From positions 544,001 through 608,000 of the forward strand of contig CAWFFU010000011.1 of NCBI GenBank assembly GCA_963815215.1: 64,000 nt of DNA. Direction: 5' to 3'. Source of the stretch: an uncultured Trueperaceae bacterium. GTDB taxonomy: Bacteria; Deinococcota; Deinococci; Deinococcales; Trueperaceae. How positions within the stretch are numbered: the first letter of the stretch is position 1; every line of letters begins with the position of its first letter. The position numbers and the translations under genes are program-made. Shown here one piece after another: positions 40,779 to 49,711 of this stretch. The notes beneath the pieces were generated by a model. The model was not told the origin of the DNA. It saw nothing but the letters and a program-made list of their open reading frames with translations, and searched no databases.

Positions 40779-41687
40779 GTGCCCGAGAGACGCACCATCC
40801 TCCCCCTCCGAACCGGCTTGCTGTTCCTGGCTCCGGCCGCCGCCTTCGTCGTGGCCTTCATCGTCCTGCCGTTCTTCTGGGTGGCGGTGGTCAGCTTCAC
40901 GAATCGGTCGCTCACCGGCCTCGGCGCCCTGCATCCGCACTTCGTGGGCCTGACGAACTACCTGCGGCTGTTCAACCCCAGCACCTTCCTCCAACCCGGC
41001 CAGTTCGGCTCCTCGCTCCTCATCACCGCGCAGTTCGTGTTGTTCTCGGCGCTCATCGGCCAGGCGGCGCTGGGCCTGCTGCTGGCGTGGCTCTTCTACC
41101 ACAGGGAGAGCTGGGTCAAGGAGACCGTTCAGACGCTGGCCATCGTGGCCTGGATCATCCCCGACGTGGTCGTGGCCTTCGCCTGGTCGGCCTTCCTGGA
41201 CTTCGGTCAGGGCACGTTGAACCACATCGTCACGGCCCTTGGCTTCCACCGGGTGGACTGGCTTCTGGGCGTGCCGGTGCTGTCCATCATCCTCTTCAAC
41301 ACCTGGCGCGGCACCGCGTTCTCGATGCTGCTGTTCTCCTCCGCGCTCGGCTCGATCCCGCCGAGCCACCTGGAGACCGCCGAGGTCACCGGCGCCAATG
41401 CCTGGCAGAAACTCCGCGACATCATCCTTCCGCTCATCCGCACGCACATCGTGACGGACCTTATCTTGATCACCCTGTGGACCTTCAACACCTTCACCCC
41501 CTTTCTCATCACCGGCGGGGGGCCGGCTTTCAGGACCGAGGTCGTATCGATCTTGACGTATCGCATCGCCTTCAAATACTTCAACTTCGGCTCCGGCAGC
41601 GCCATCGGCATGATCATGATGCTCATCAACCTGGCGTTCGCCCTCATCTACCTCAGCCTGCTGCGTCGCCGCGAGGGCGCGCGATGA
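40779..41687 (+). CDS. Carbohydrate ABC permease (MalF-like)
   Basis: FVGLTNY; ETAEVTGA EAA loop; ITGGGP. Confidence 0.92.
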   Translation: MPERRTILPLRTGLLFLAPAAAFVVAFIVLPFFWVAVVSFTNRSLTGLGALHPHFVGLTNYLRLFNPSTFLQPGQFGSSLLITAQFVLFSALIGQAALGLLLAWLFYHRESWVKETVQTLAIVAWIIPDVVVAFAWSAFLDFGQGTLNHIVTALGFHRVDWLLGVPVLSIILFNTWRGTAFSMLLFSSALGSIPPSHLETAEVTGANAWQKLRDIILPLIRTHIVTDLILITLWTFNTFTPFLITGGGPAFRTEVVSILTYRIAFKYFNFGSGSAIGMIMMLINLAFALIYLSLLRRREGAR

Positions 41688-42514
41688 GACTGCTGCGCCT
41701 GGTCGTGACGCGTGCGGCCTTCTACGCCGTGGCCGCCCTGTTCGCCTGCTTCTTCGCGGTGCCGCTGGTGTGGCTGCTGTTCGCGCCGTTCGATGCGCGC
41801 GCCAACCTGGCCGTAAGCCTGCCGCACCCCTTCACCCTGGCCAACTTCGGGAAGGTGTTCGCCAACGCCTTCGCGGTGCGCGCGCTGTTCCAGAACAGCA
41901 TCATCCAGGCGGGCGGCGCCATGCTGCTGGTGACGCTGCTGGCCACCTTGGCCGCCTACGCCCTGTCGCGCGCGCCGATCCGCGGCAAGGACATGCTGTC
42001 GTACGGTCTGGTGCTCTTCTCGTCGATCGTGACCGGAACGGCGGCGATGGTGCCGCTGTTCCTGCTGATCTATTCGCTGGGCCTGATCGACACCCAACTC
42101 GGCGTGGTCCTGGTCTTCACGGGCGGGCTATTGCCCGCGGCGATCTTCATCATGCGCGACTTCGTCGACTCGATCCCGCGCTCCTACGAGGAGTCGGCCC
42201 TGGTGTCGGGCGCGTCGCCGTGGGGCATGTTCCGGGACATCGCGCTGCCGATCGTGCGGCCCGGCATGATGGTGGTCGCCGTGTGGACCTTCGTCAACGT
42301 GTGGGGCGGCTTCTTCGTGCCCTTCATCCTGCTGAGGAGCCCGGCCAACATGCCGGCCTCGGTGGCCATCTACTCCTTCTACACCGAGGGCGGGACGCCC
42401 ATCATCACCCTTACCACGGCGTACTCGCTGCTCTACACCATCCCCGTCCTGGCGCTCTACCTCTTCGTCAACTGGCGCTACGGCTTCCGCTTCTTCGGCG
42501 GCATCAAGTCCTAG
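41684..42514 (+). CDS. Carbohydrate ABC permease (MalG-like)
   Basis: ATG overlaps the previous stop; FTLANF, AAYALSR, EESALVSGAS. Confidence 0.92.
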   Translation: MRLLRLVVTRAAFYAVAALFACFFAVPLVWLLFAPFDARANLAVSLPHPFTLANFGKVFANAFAVRALFQNSIIQAGGAMLLVTLLATLAAYALSRAPIRGKDMLSYGLVLFSSIVTGTAAMVPLFLLIYSLGLIDTQLGVVLVFTGGLLPAAIFIMRDFVDSIPRSYEESALVSGASPWGMFRDIALPIVRPGMMVVAVWTFVNVWGGFFVPFILLRSPANMPASVAIYSFYTEGGTPIITLTTAYSLLYTIPVLALYLFVNWRYGFRFFGGIKS

Positions 42515-42525
42515 GAGAAGGTCCT

Positions 42526-43617
42526 TTGGCACGCGTTTCGTTCGACCACGTCAGCAAGCACTTCGGCACCGTCCGAGCCGTCGACGATGTCTCGTTCGAC
42601 ATCGTCGACGGGGAGTTCATCTGCCTCCTGGGGCCGTCCGGCTGCGGCAAGACCACCACCTTGCGGTTGATGGCCGGGCTCGAGCAACCGACCAGCGGGC
42701 GGATCACCGTAGACGACCACGACGTCACCTTCGCCAAGCCCAAGGAACGCGACGTGGGCATGGTCTTCCAGGACTACGCCCTGTTCCCACACATGACCAT
42801 CGCCGAGAACATCGCCTATCCGCTGAAGGTGCGGGGAACGGCAGGCAAGGACCGGGAGGCGCGGACCCTGGACGTGGCCAGGAGCCTCGGCATCGAGCAC
42901 CTGCTCGAGCGCCGCCCCGGCCAGATCTCGGGCGGCCAGCAGCAGCGCACCTCCGTCGCCCGGGCGGTCGTGCACAAACCCAAGGTGTTCCTGTTCGACG
43001 AGCCCCTGTCCAACCTCGACGCCAAGCTGCGGATCGAGGCGCGCAGCTTCCTCAAGCACCTGCAGGTCGAGCTGGGCGTCACCGCCCTCTACGTCACGCA
43101 CGACCAGGCCGAGGCGATGGCGTTGGCGGACCGCATCGCCGTCATGGAAGGCGGGCGGGTCGTGCAGATGGGGCCGCCGCTCGACGTCTACCGCAAGCCC
43201 CTCACGACCTTCGTGGCCAGCTTCCTCGGCAACCCGCCCATGAACCTCGTGCCGGTGACGCTGCGGCTCGGGGGAGCCAGCGCGAAGCTGGAGGCCGAGG
43301 GCCTCGAGGTCGACCTGAGCGCCATGCGCGCGCGACTGGCGGAGCAGTTCCGCGACGGCGCCGGCCTGACCCTGGGCGTCCGGCCGGAGCACCTCCGGCT
43401 GGTACCCGACGGAGGCGCGGCCACGTTGACGGGGACCGTCTATACGGTCGAGCCGCTCGGCCCCGAGACGCTCATCACCTGCACCGTGGACAGTCAGCTC
43501 GTGACGGCCCGGATCTTCGGTGACGAGCCCCCCGACCTCGGGCACACGGCGCACTTCCGCATCGACGAGCACCATCTCGAGCTCTTCGACGAGTCCGGCG
43601 TCCGGGTGGTGCGTTGA
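42526..43617 (+). CDS. Sugar ABC ATP-binding protein (MalK/MsmX-like)
   Basis: TTG start after AGGAGAAG; GPSGCGKTT, SGGQQQR, DEPLSNLDAKLR, YVTHDQ. Confidence 0.93.
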   Translation: MARVSFDHVSKHFGTVRAVDDVSFDIVDGEFICLLGPSGCGKTTTLRLMAGLEQPTSGRITVDDHDVTFAKPKERDVGMVFQDYALFPHMTIAENIAYPLKVRGTAGKDREARTLDVARSLGIEHLLERRPGQISGGQQQRTSVARAVVHKPKVFLFDEPLSNLDAKLRIEARSFLKHLQVELGVTALYVTHDQAEAMALADRIAVMEGGRVVQMGPPLDVYRKPLTTFVASFLGNPPMNLVPVTLRLGGASAKLEAEGLEVDLSAMRARLAEQFRDGAGLTLGVRPEHLRLVPDGGAATLTGTVYTVEPLGPETLITCTVDSQLVTARIFGDEPPDLGHTAHFRIDEHHLELFDESGVRVVR

Positions 43618-45056
43618 CCACCGTCGTCCTCGAAGGCGCGGTGACGCGCGACGCGCGGGCCAACGGGCCCTACCTGCCCCTTCCCTTCGAGGTGCCCGCC
43701 GGCACGACCCGCATCGATGTGACGTACCGTTTCGACGACGGCCACATCCTCGACCTGGGCCTGTTCGACACCCATATCGCGAGCTTCCCGTCTGGCGAGG
43801 GATTCCGCGGCTGGAGCGGCTCGGCCCGGCGGCAGGTGTTCGTGGCCCGCGACGGCGCTACCCCCGGCTACCTGGGCGGCGCGATCGACGCCGGGACCTG
43901 GCAGGTCGTGCTGGGGCTCGCGCATCTCGGCCCTGCGCCCTGCCACTACCGCGTCGAGATCACGACCGACAGCGCGCCACGAGCCCAGGTGGCCGAGTCC
44001 CGCCCAAGGTCCGTGACGGTGCCCGGTCCGCGCTGGTTCCGTGGCGACCTCCACAGCCACAGTTACTACAGCGACGCGAGAGGCTCGCTCGACGATCTCC
44101 TGGCCGCCGCCAGGGCCCGACATCTCGACTTCCTGGCGGTCACCGACCACAACACCGTGGGCCACCACGTGCCGGCGCGGGCGGCGAGCAGCAGCGACCT
44201 GGTCATCCTGCCCGGCGAGGAGATCACCACCTACCACGGGCACGCCAACGTCTGGGGCGTGACGGGCTGGGTCGACTTCCGCATCACCCGCCCCGGCGAC
44301 GTCGAACGGCTGGTCGAACACGTGCACCGTCGGGGCGGACTGTTCGCCGTCAACCACCCTCGTCACTCCCCGGGCTGCATCGGCTGCGACTGGGAACACC
44401 CCATCCCCGACACCATCGACGTCTTCGAGGCCTGGAACGGGCCTTGGGCCTATCGCAACTGGGAAGCGCTGGAGCGTTACGACGCGCTCCTGCGGCGCGG
44501 CCTACGTCCGACGCTGGTGGGCGGTAGCGACCGCCACCAGCCCGGGTGGCCGGACACCGACCCCGAGAGCCTGTGGGTCGGCTCCCCCACCACCTGGTTC
44601 CACCTCGATGCGCTGTCGGAAGCAACGCTGCTCCAAGGGCTCGCCGGCGGCCGCGCGTTCGTCAGCGAGGGGCCGCAGGGGCCACGCCTCGACCTCGAGG
44701 CCGAGGGCGCCGGCATGGGGTCGACGGTGCGGGCACCTGCCGGTCGGCGCCTCAGGGTGAGCGCGTCCGTCGAGGGCGCCGTCGGGTCGCTCCTGCGCTA
44801 CGTCGGCGCGCACGGTGTCGTGCGCGAGGTTCCGATCACGAGCGAGCGCTTCGACGACCACTTCGCCTGGCCGGTCGACGGTCCCTTCCTGCGGGCCGAG
44901 GTGCTGGCCGTGGGAGACGAGGTTGCCGTGACGGAGCAGTTCGAGGCGTTGCGAGCGCTGGGGAAGGTGCCGCACGGCTTGTCGCTCGACGAGGTCCTGG
45001 GCCAGCCCCGCAGGCGGGCGCTGTCGAATCCGGTGTACGTCAGGACGGACGCCTAG
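43614..45056 (+). CDS. PHP-fold metallohydrolase (CehA/McbA-like)
   Basis: GDLHSHS..SD, TDHN, GEE, GHAN, NHP, GGSDRH metal-binding motifs; N-terminal FRGWSG domain. Confidence 0.85.
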   Translation: MTTVVLEGAVTRDARANGPYLPLPFEVPAGTTRIDVTYRFDDGHILDLGLFDTHIASFPSGEGFRGWSGSARRQVFVARDGATPGYLGGAIDAGTWQVVLGLAHLGPAPCHYRVEITTDSAPRAQVAESRPRSVTVPGPRWFRGDLHSHSYYSDARGSLDDLLAAARARHLDFLAVTDHNTVGHHVPARAASSSDLVILPGEEITTYHGHANVWGVTGWVDFRITRPGDVERLVEHVHRRGGLFAVNHPRHSPGCIGCDWEHPIPDTIDVFEAWNGPWAYRNWEALERYDALLRRGLRPTLVGGSDRHQPGWPDTDPESLWVGSPTTWFHLDALSEATLLQGLAGGRAFVSEGPQGPRLDLEAEGAGMGSTVRAPAGRRLRVSASVEGAVGSLLRYVGAHGVVREVPITSERFDDHFAWPVDGPFLRAEVLAVGDEVAVTEQFEALRALGKVPHGLSLDEVLGQPRRRALSNPVYVRTDA

Positions 45057-45232
45057 AGCGACGCGGCCGAGCTGCAGGCGAGATTGGTCGGCACTACACG
45101 GTCGAACGGCGCTGGCCGCGTCGGCGACCCGATCGGGAAACGGTGAGAGCGCAGCCGTCGTATCGTGGCATCCGCGCTGCGGGGCCGGCGTCCACGTGCC
45201 GCTCCAAATCGTCAGATACGCAGGAGGTGTTC

Positions 45233-46102
45233 GTGGACTTCCGAAGTCAATCGATCGACGTGGGACCCCAAACGCTCCACGTCCGTACGGCCGGCGATCC
45301 GTCCAACCCCACGCTGCTGCTTCTTCACGGCCTGGGATCGACCTCCCACATCTGGGACCTCGTCGCACCGCTCCTGGTCGAGCGCTATTACTTAGTGGCC
45401 CCCGACCAGCGCGGCCACGGACGATCCGGCAAGCCCGCTTCGGGCTACGGCTGGCAGGACGTATGCACCGACGCCGTGGGATTGCTCGATCACCTCGACG
45501 TCCCGAGCGTCCACGTCATGGGCCACTCTTGGGGAGGTGACGTCGCGCTCGAACTGGCGATTCGGCACCCCGACAGGGTCGCCACGCTGGGGCTCATCGA
45601 CGGCGCCATCATCGACTTCCAGGCGCACCTGAGCTGGACGGAGACCGCGCGCATGCTGGAACCCATGGACGTCTGGGGCATGACGCTGGCGCAGCTCGAG
45701 CACGCCATCGACGGCTGGCTGGTGTCGCTTCCGTCGCCAGAGCAGCGACGGATCATACTCGCCAACTACGAGCAGCGCGTCGACGGCACGGTCGCGCCAT
45801 GGCTGGCACGCGATGCCAATATGGAGATTGCGCGCGCCCTTTGGGAGCACCGGCCTCCCCGGCTCTACTCCGGCGTGCGCGCCCCGACGCTGATGGTCCA
45901 CGCACTCCCGCCCGAGCCGCGCTCGGATGAGGACGACATGTTCCTGGCGTGGCGCAGAGAGTGCGCCGCCGCCGCGGAGCGGGACATCGACCGGGTGAGC
46001 GTTGTGCGTTACCGCGATACCGTGCACGACGTGCCGCTGCAGCGGCCGGAGCAGCTGGCCAAGGACTGGCAGGTGCTCCTCACCAGGTTCGCCGTGACCT
46101 AG
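45233..46102 (+). CDS. Alpha/beta fold hydrolase
   Basis: AGGAGG RBS; LLHGL, DQRGHGRS, GHSWGG nucleophile elbow, HDVP. Confidence 0.9.
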   Translation: MDFRSQSIDVGPQTLHVRTAGDPSNPTLLLLHGLGSTSHIWDLVAPLLVERYYLVAPDQRGHGRSGKPASGYGWQDVCTDAVGLLDHLDVPSVHVMGHSWGGDVALELAIRHPDRVATLGLIDGAIIDFQAHLSWTETARMLEPMDVWGMTLAQLEHAIDGWLVSLPSPEQRRIILANYEQRVDGTVAPWLARDANMEIARALWEHRPPRLYSGVRAPTLMVHALPPEPRSDEDDMFLAWRRECAAAAERDIDRVSVVRYRDTVHDVPLQRPEQLAKDWQVLLTRFAVT

Positions 46103-46950
46103 TTCGTCGAGCGGGGGTCAAACACGTCCCGCAAGGCGTCGCCCAGGAACGAGACCAGCAGCACGAGGAGCACGATCACGGCTCCCGGGAACAGGACCTG
46201 CGTGGCGTTGGTACTGATGTAGGACTTCGCGTCGTTGATCATCAGGCCGAGACTGGAGCCGGGTGGCTGGATCCCGAGTCCCAGCAGGCTCAACGTGGCC
46301 TCGGAGATGACCACGTTTGCGGCGTCCAAGGTAGCGCTGACGACGACGATGCCCATGAGGTTGCGTAACAGCGCGTGGAACATCACGTAGCTGCTGGTCG
46401 CGCCGAGCGCGCGCGCCGCCTCGGTGAATTCCCGCTGCTTGAGCGAAAGGGTTACCCCACGTACGTACCGCGCCATCATCGGCCACCCTATGAGGGCGAG
46501 GGACCCGGCGGTCAGGATCAGCCTGCCCGTTCCGCCGTAGAGGTGCGACACCGCCGGCCCAAAGACGCCGGCGATCAGGATCGCGAAGAGCAAGCCAGGA
46601 AAGGCGAAGAGCACGTCTGTGAGCCGCGACAACACCTGGTCGATGAGGCCCCCGTAGTAACCCGCGAGAATGCCGACGCTAACGCCCAGCACGATGTTGA
46701 TGGACTCGACGAAGATGGTGATCACGAGGGTGACGCGGAGGCCGATCAACAGTCGGGCGAGCGTGTCGCGGCCGAGGCTGTCGGTACCCAGAGGGTGGTG
46801 CGCCGACGGGAACGCCAGGATGTTGGAGAAGTCGCCAACGGTAGGACTCGCCCTCCACAGCAGCGGCCCCAACGTGGCGGCGAGAACGACCAGGACGAGG
46901 GCGACGGAGCTTCCGAGGGCCTTGGGGTTTCGCACGAACCGCTTGCGCAT
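46099..46950 (-). CDS. Opp/Dpp family ABC permease C
   Basis: HPLGTDSLGRD, EAARALGA, EATLSLLGLGIQPP, LGDALRDVFDP. Confidence 0.92.
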   Translation of the reverse strand: MRKRFVRNPKALGSSVALVLVVLAATLGPLLWRASPTVGDFSNILAFPSAHHPLGTDSLGRDTLARLLIGLRVTLVITIFVESINIVLGVSVGILAGYYGGLIDQVLSRLTDVLFAFPGLLFAILIAGVFGPAVSHLYGGTGRLILTAGSLALIGWPMMARYVRGVTLSLKQREFTEAARALGATSSYVMFHALLRNLMGIVVVSATLDAANVVISEATLSLLGLGIQPPGSSLGLMINDAKSYISTNATQVLFPGAVIVLLVLLVSFLGDALRDVFDPRSTN

Positions 46951-47894
46951 CACTCGTACCGAACTCTCGGGTCGAGGAACGTGTAAGAGATGTCCGTAAG
47001 CAGATTCATGACCACGACGGCGAACGCCAGCGCCAGCGTGATGGCCTCTACGACGGGATAGTCCCGCTGGTACAGGGACTGGACCGCGAGGTACCCGATT
47101 CCAGGAATCGCGAAGATGTACTCGATCACGAACGAGCCCGACACCAGGAACGCGGTAGCCGGCCCTACGTACGTGACGATCGGTATGAGTGCGTTCCTGA
47201 GGACGTGCCGGTTTCGAACGGCGCGCAGAGGAAGGCCCTTGGCATGTGCCGTGCGAACGTGGTCCTCGCTGAGCACCTCCAGGACGCTGTTTCGCGTTAA
47301 CCGCATGACGTAGGCACCGGCGCCGAGCGTGTACACGATGACGGGTAGGACGAGGTGCGACGGTGTGCCCCACCCGGCGACCGGCAACGACGGAAGGTGG
47401 TTGGCGTAGAGAGCGATGTCGAGCGCCAATAGCGTCGGCGCCAGCACGAAGTTGGGGATAGCGTAGAGCGCCAGCACCACCGACATGGCGACGTTGTCGA
47501 ACCACCGATCGTGGCGGATGGCCGCCGCCGTGCCCAATGGGATGCCCAGCAGCAGGGTGCACGCCAGGGCCAAGCCGCCGATCTCCAGCGACACCGGGAT
47601 GCTCCGGCCCAAGATCGCCACCACCGACTGCCCACGCTGAATATAGGACTGGCCGAAATCACCGTGCAGCGCATGCCACATGTAGTCGACGTACTGGACG
47701 AGGAAGGGGCGGTCGAGACCCATGGCATGCTTAAGCTTGGCGTACAGCGCGGCGTTCCGGTTGAATCCGAGCATGATCTGGACGGGATCGCCAGGCGCCA
47801 AATGGCCGACGAGGAACGTGAGGAAGCTAATGCCCACCAACACGAACACTAGGTTCACAAGCCGTGACGCGAGGTACCTCAGCACCGCCGGCAC
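46950..47894 (-). CDS. Opp/Dpp family ABC permease B
   Basis: APGDP, GLDRP, TAHAKGL, HVLRNALIP, RDYPVV, DPRVRY. Confidence 0.93.
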   Translation of the reverse strand: MPAVLRYLASRLVNLVFVLVGISFLTFLVGHLAPGDPVQIMLGFNRNAALYAKLKHAMGLDRPFLVQYVDYMWHALHGDFGQSYIQRGQSVVAILGRSIPVSLEIGGLALACTLLLGIPLGTAAAIRHDRWFDNVAMSVVLALYAIPNFVLAPTLLALDIALYANHLPSLPVAGWGTPSHLVLPVIVYTLGAGAYVMRLTRNSVLEVLSEDHVRTAHAKGLPLRAVRNRHVLRNALIPIVTYVGPATAFLVSGSFVIEYIFAIPGIGYLAVQSLYQRDYPVVEAITLALAFAVVVMNLLTDISYTFLDPRVRYE

Positions 47895-47999
47895 CGCGGC
47901 ATCGTGGCCCCGCTCTCTGACCGTCCAAGTGGAGAGCGCCCGGCGCGACCTCTGGCCGCCCTCCGGAGGCCTGTGCTTGCAGCGTGACGGATCACCATC

Positions 48000-49340
48000 T
48001 CAGGACGCTCTGGCGAGGCCCTCGAGCGTGGCCACGTCCATGAGATCCGCATGCTCGTCGAGGAAGGCGTCAAGGATCCGCTCTGCCAGCCCCGCGCCCG
48101 TGATGTGGGGATCGAGCATCAAGGCTTGAAGCGCCTTGGACCTGGAAGCTTCGGCGGCTGCCTCGGCCGCCAGCATCTGAATCGTTCCCTCCCGGTAGAG
48201 GAACGCGGTGATCATGTCTGGGAAGCGCTCGAAGGCTACGCCACGGACGCCGCTCGGGGTGGCCACGGCAGGCACCTCCACGATCATGTCGGCAGGCAGG
48301 CCCGGGATCTTGCCGCGATTCGGCACATTGGCGTTAGGGATGTACACGTTCTGGCCGTAGAACAGACCCCTGATCAACAGGCTCGGGGGGGTGTCGCCGA
48401 ACACGTCAGCGTGGAAAGCGCGCACCTGCCCGAGGTAGCTGTCGCTGTCGAGCTGACCCGCGGCCAGGGCCGCGTTGCGCTCGCGCCACTGCTCGGCCTC
48501 TCGAAGGTGGCCGTCGAAGTCGTAGCCCTTACAGGGTTGGAACTCGCAGGCATAGTGGAAGTACTCGCCGTAGTGTTCGTCGTTCTCGTGCAACCACAGC
48601 CCGTACGTCTGGTATAGGTGACGCCCGAAAGGCTGCCAGCCGTTCGAGTCCGCAGCTTCCAGCATCTTCGGCAGCAGGTCTTCGCCCGTGCTGACCCTGC
48701 GAATGTCGGTGATCCACACCGCGTGGTTGATCCCTGCACCTTCCACGTGGATGTCGGCCCCAGGTATACCCAGAGCCGGTCCGACGTTGTGGTCCCTGAA
48801 GTCCCATAGCCCATCACAGTAGCCGATCGCCCGAACCGAGGTGTACCGATTGACGGCTGACGCGATCCTGTCTTCGGGGTTAGTCAGGATGATCATAGTG
48901 GCGTCGGGCGCCAACGCCTCGACGTCGCGTGCAATCGCCATCACCAGAGGGATACAACGCAGACCGTGCGAGAGCCCGGCCGGACCGCGGTTCTCGGCCA
49001 GAGGATCCTCGAGACCGAACGCGTGGAGGATCTCCCAATCCTTCCGCCACGCGGCGATGCGGTCTTGCTCCGCCATCACGAGCACCGCGTGTGCGCCACG
49101 GAGGACGCTGCGCCGGTCGAGCGAGCTATCGATCTGGACCTCGACGCGGAGCGTCTCAGCCATCGATCGCGCAACCGCTTCCATGGGCGCGAGCCTGGCC
49201 GCATCAACATCCACGAGCGACAGCCTGGCTCCCGGTACAAGTACGTTCTCGAAAAGATCGAGCAGCGTGGGCGGACCGAAGTTCGCGCTGCCCACACCGA
49301 CAACGACCACGTGGAGCCCCCTACGACCAGAATGCACCAT
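48000..49340 (-). CDS. Family 4 glycoside hydrolase (NAD+/Mn2+-dependent, MelA-like)
   Basis: GVGSANF, GPAGL, TNP, GYCDG, AGINH, NRGKIPGLP..MIVEVP, ALMLDP. Confidence 0.87.
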   Translation of the reverse strand: MVHSGRRGLHVVVVGVGSANFGPPTLLDLFENVLVPGARLSLVDVDAARLAPMEAVARSMAETLRVEVQIDSSLDRRSVLRGAHAVLVMAEQDRIAAWRKDWEILHAFGLEDPLAENRGPAGLSHGLRCIPLVMAIARDVEALAPDATMIILTNPEDRIASAVNRYTSVRAIGYCDGLWDFRDHNVGPALGIPGADIHVEGAGINHAVWITDIRRVSTGEDLLPKMLEAADSNGWQPFGRHLYQTYGLWLHENDEHYGEYFHYACEFQPCKGYDFDGHLREAEQWRERNAALAAGQLDSDSYLGQVRAFHADVFGDTPPSLLIRGLFYGQNVYIPNANVPNRGKIPGLPADMIVEVPAVATPSGVRGVAFERFPDMITAFLYREGTIQMLAAEAAAEASRSKALQALMLDPHITGAGLAERILDAFLDEHADLMDVATLEGLARAS

Positions 49341-49593
49341 GGACGTCCCACCCTTCCAACATGCGATGTCAGCTCGACCGCATCACGCCATCTGCCGACC
49401 ACCACCGCGACCGCCAACGACACATCCCAAAGCGCCGGCACTCGCGGCTAGTCGGGACTGGAAATGTGACATGCGGCAAGTGCCGCGACCGCACATCTGG
49501 AATCCCGCCCCACGTACCTTCCTGGTCCGCAGGAACGAATCATACCGCCTAGGCGTAGGCGCGCGACCGCTATCGTCGACCGCGGACGGGCTC

Positions 49594-49640
49594 TTGACAC
49601 TCTCCCGCCCGGCGCATAGTTTGGATTAGGACCGAACCAA
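49594..49640 (+). promoter_or_regulatory. Promoter for oppA with adjacent imperfect palindrome
   Basis: TTGACA-N17-TAGTTT, overlapped and followed by TTGGATTAGGACCGAACCAA. Confidence 0.5.
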
Positions 49641-49711
49641 TCGGTACATGCAGCGCACCTCGACCGGCACGATTCAGCCGCGAGCGGCGTTGCCCGGAGA
49701 GAGGGTGCACC

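Noticed and set aside
40043..41683. 823-aa ORF suggesting a giant fused permease
   Set aside because: The first part is an off-frame shadow over the SBP and permease genes. The real gene starts at 41684. The same applies to the extensions at 41770, 44546, 47562, 29979 and 35396.
49621..49640. oppA palindrome as a second site for the ROK repressor
   Set aside because: It shares only TTAGG and general shape with 57839-57861 and differs in length; too weak to claim a shared regulon.
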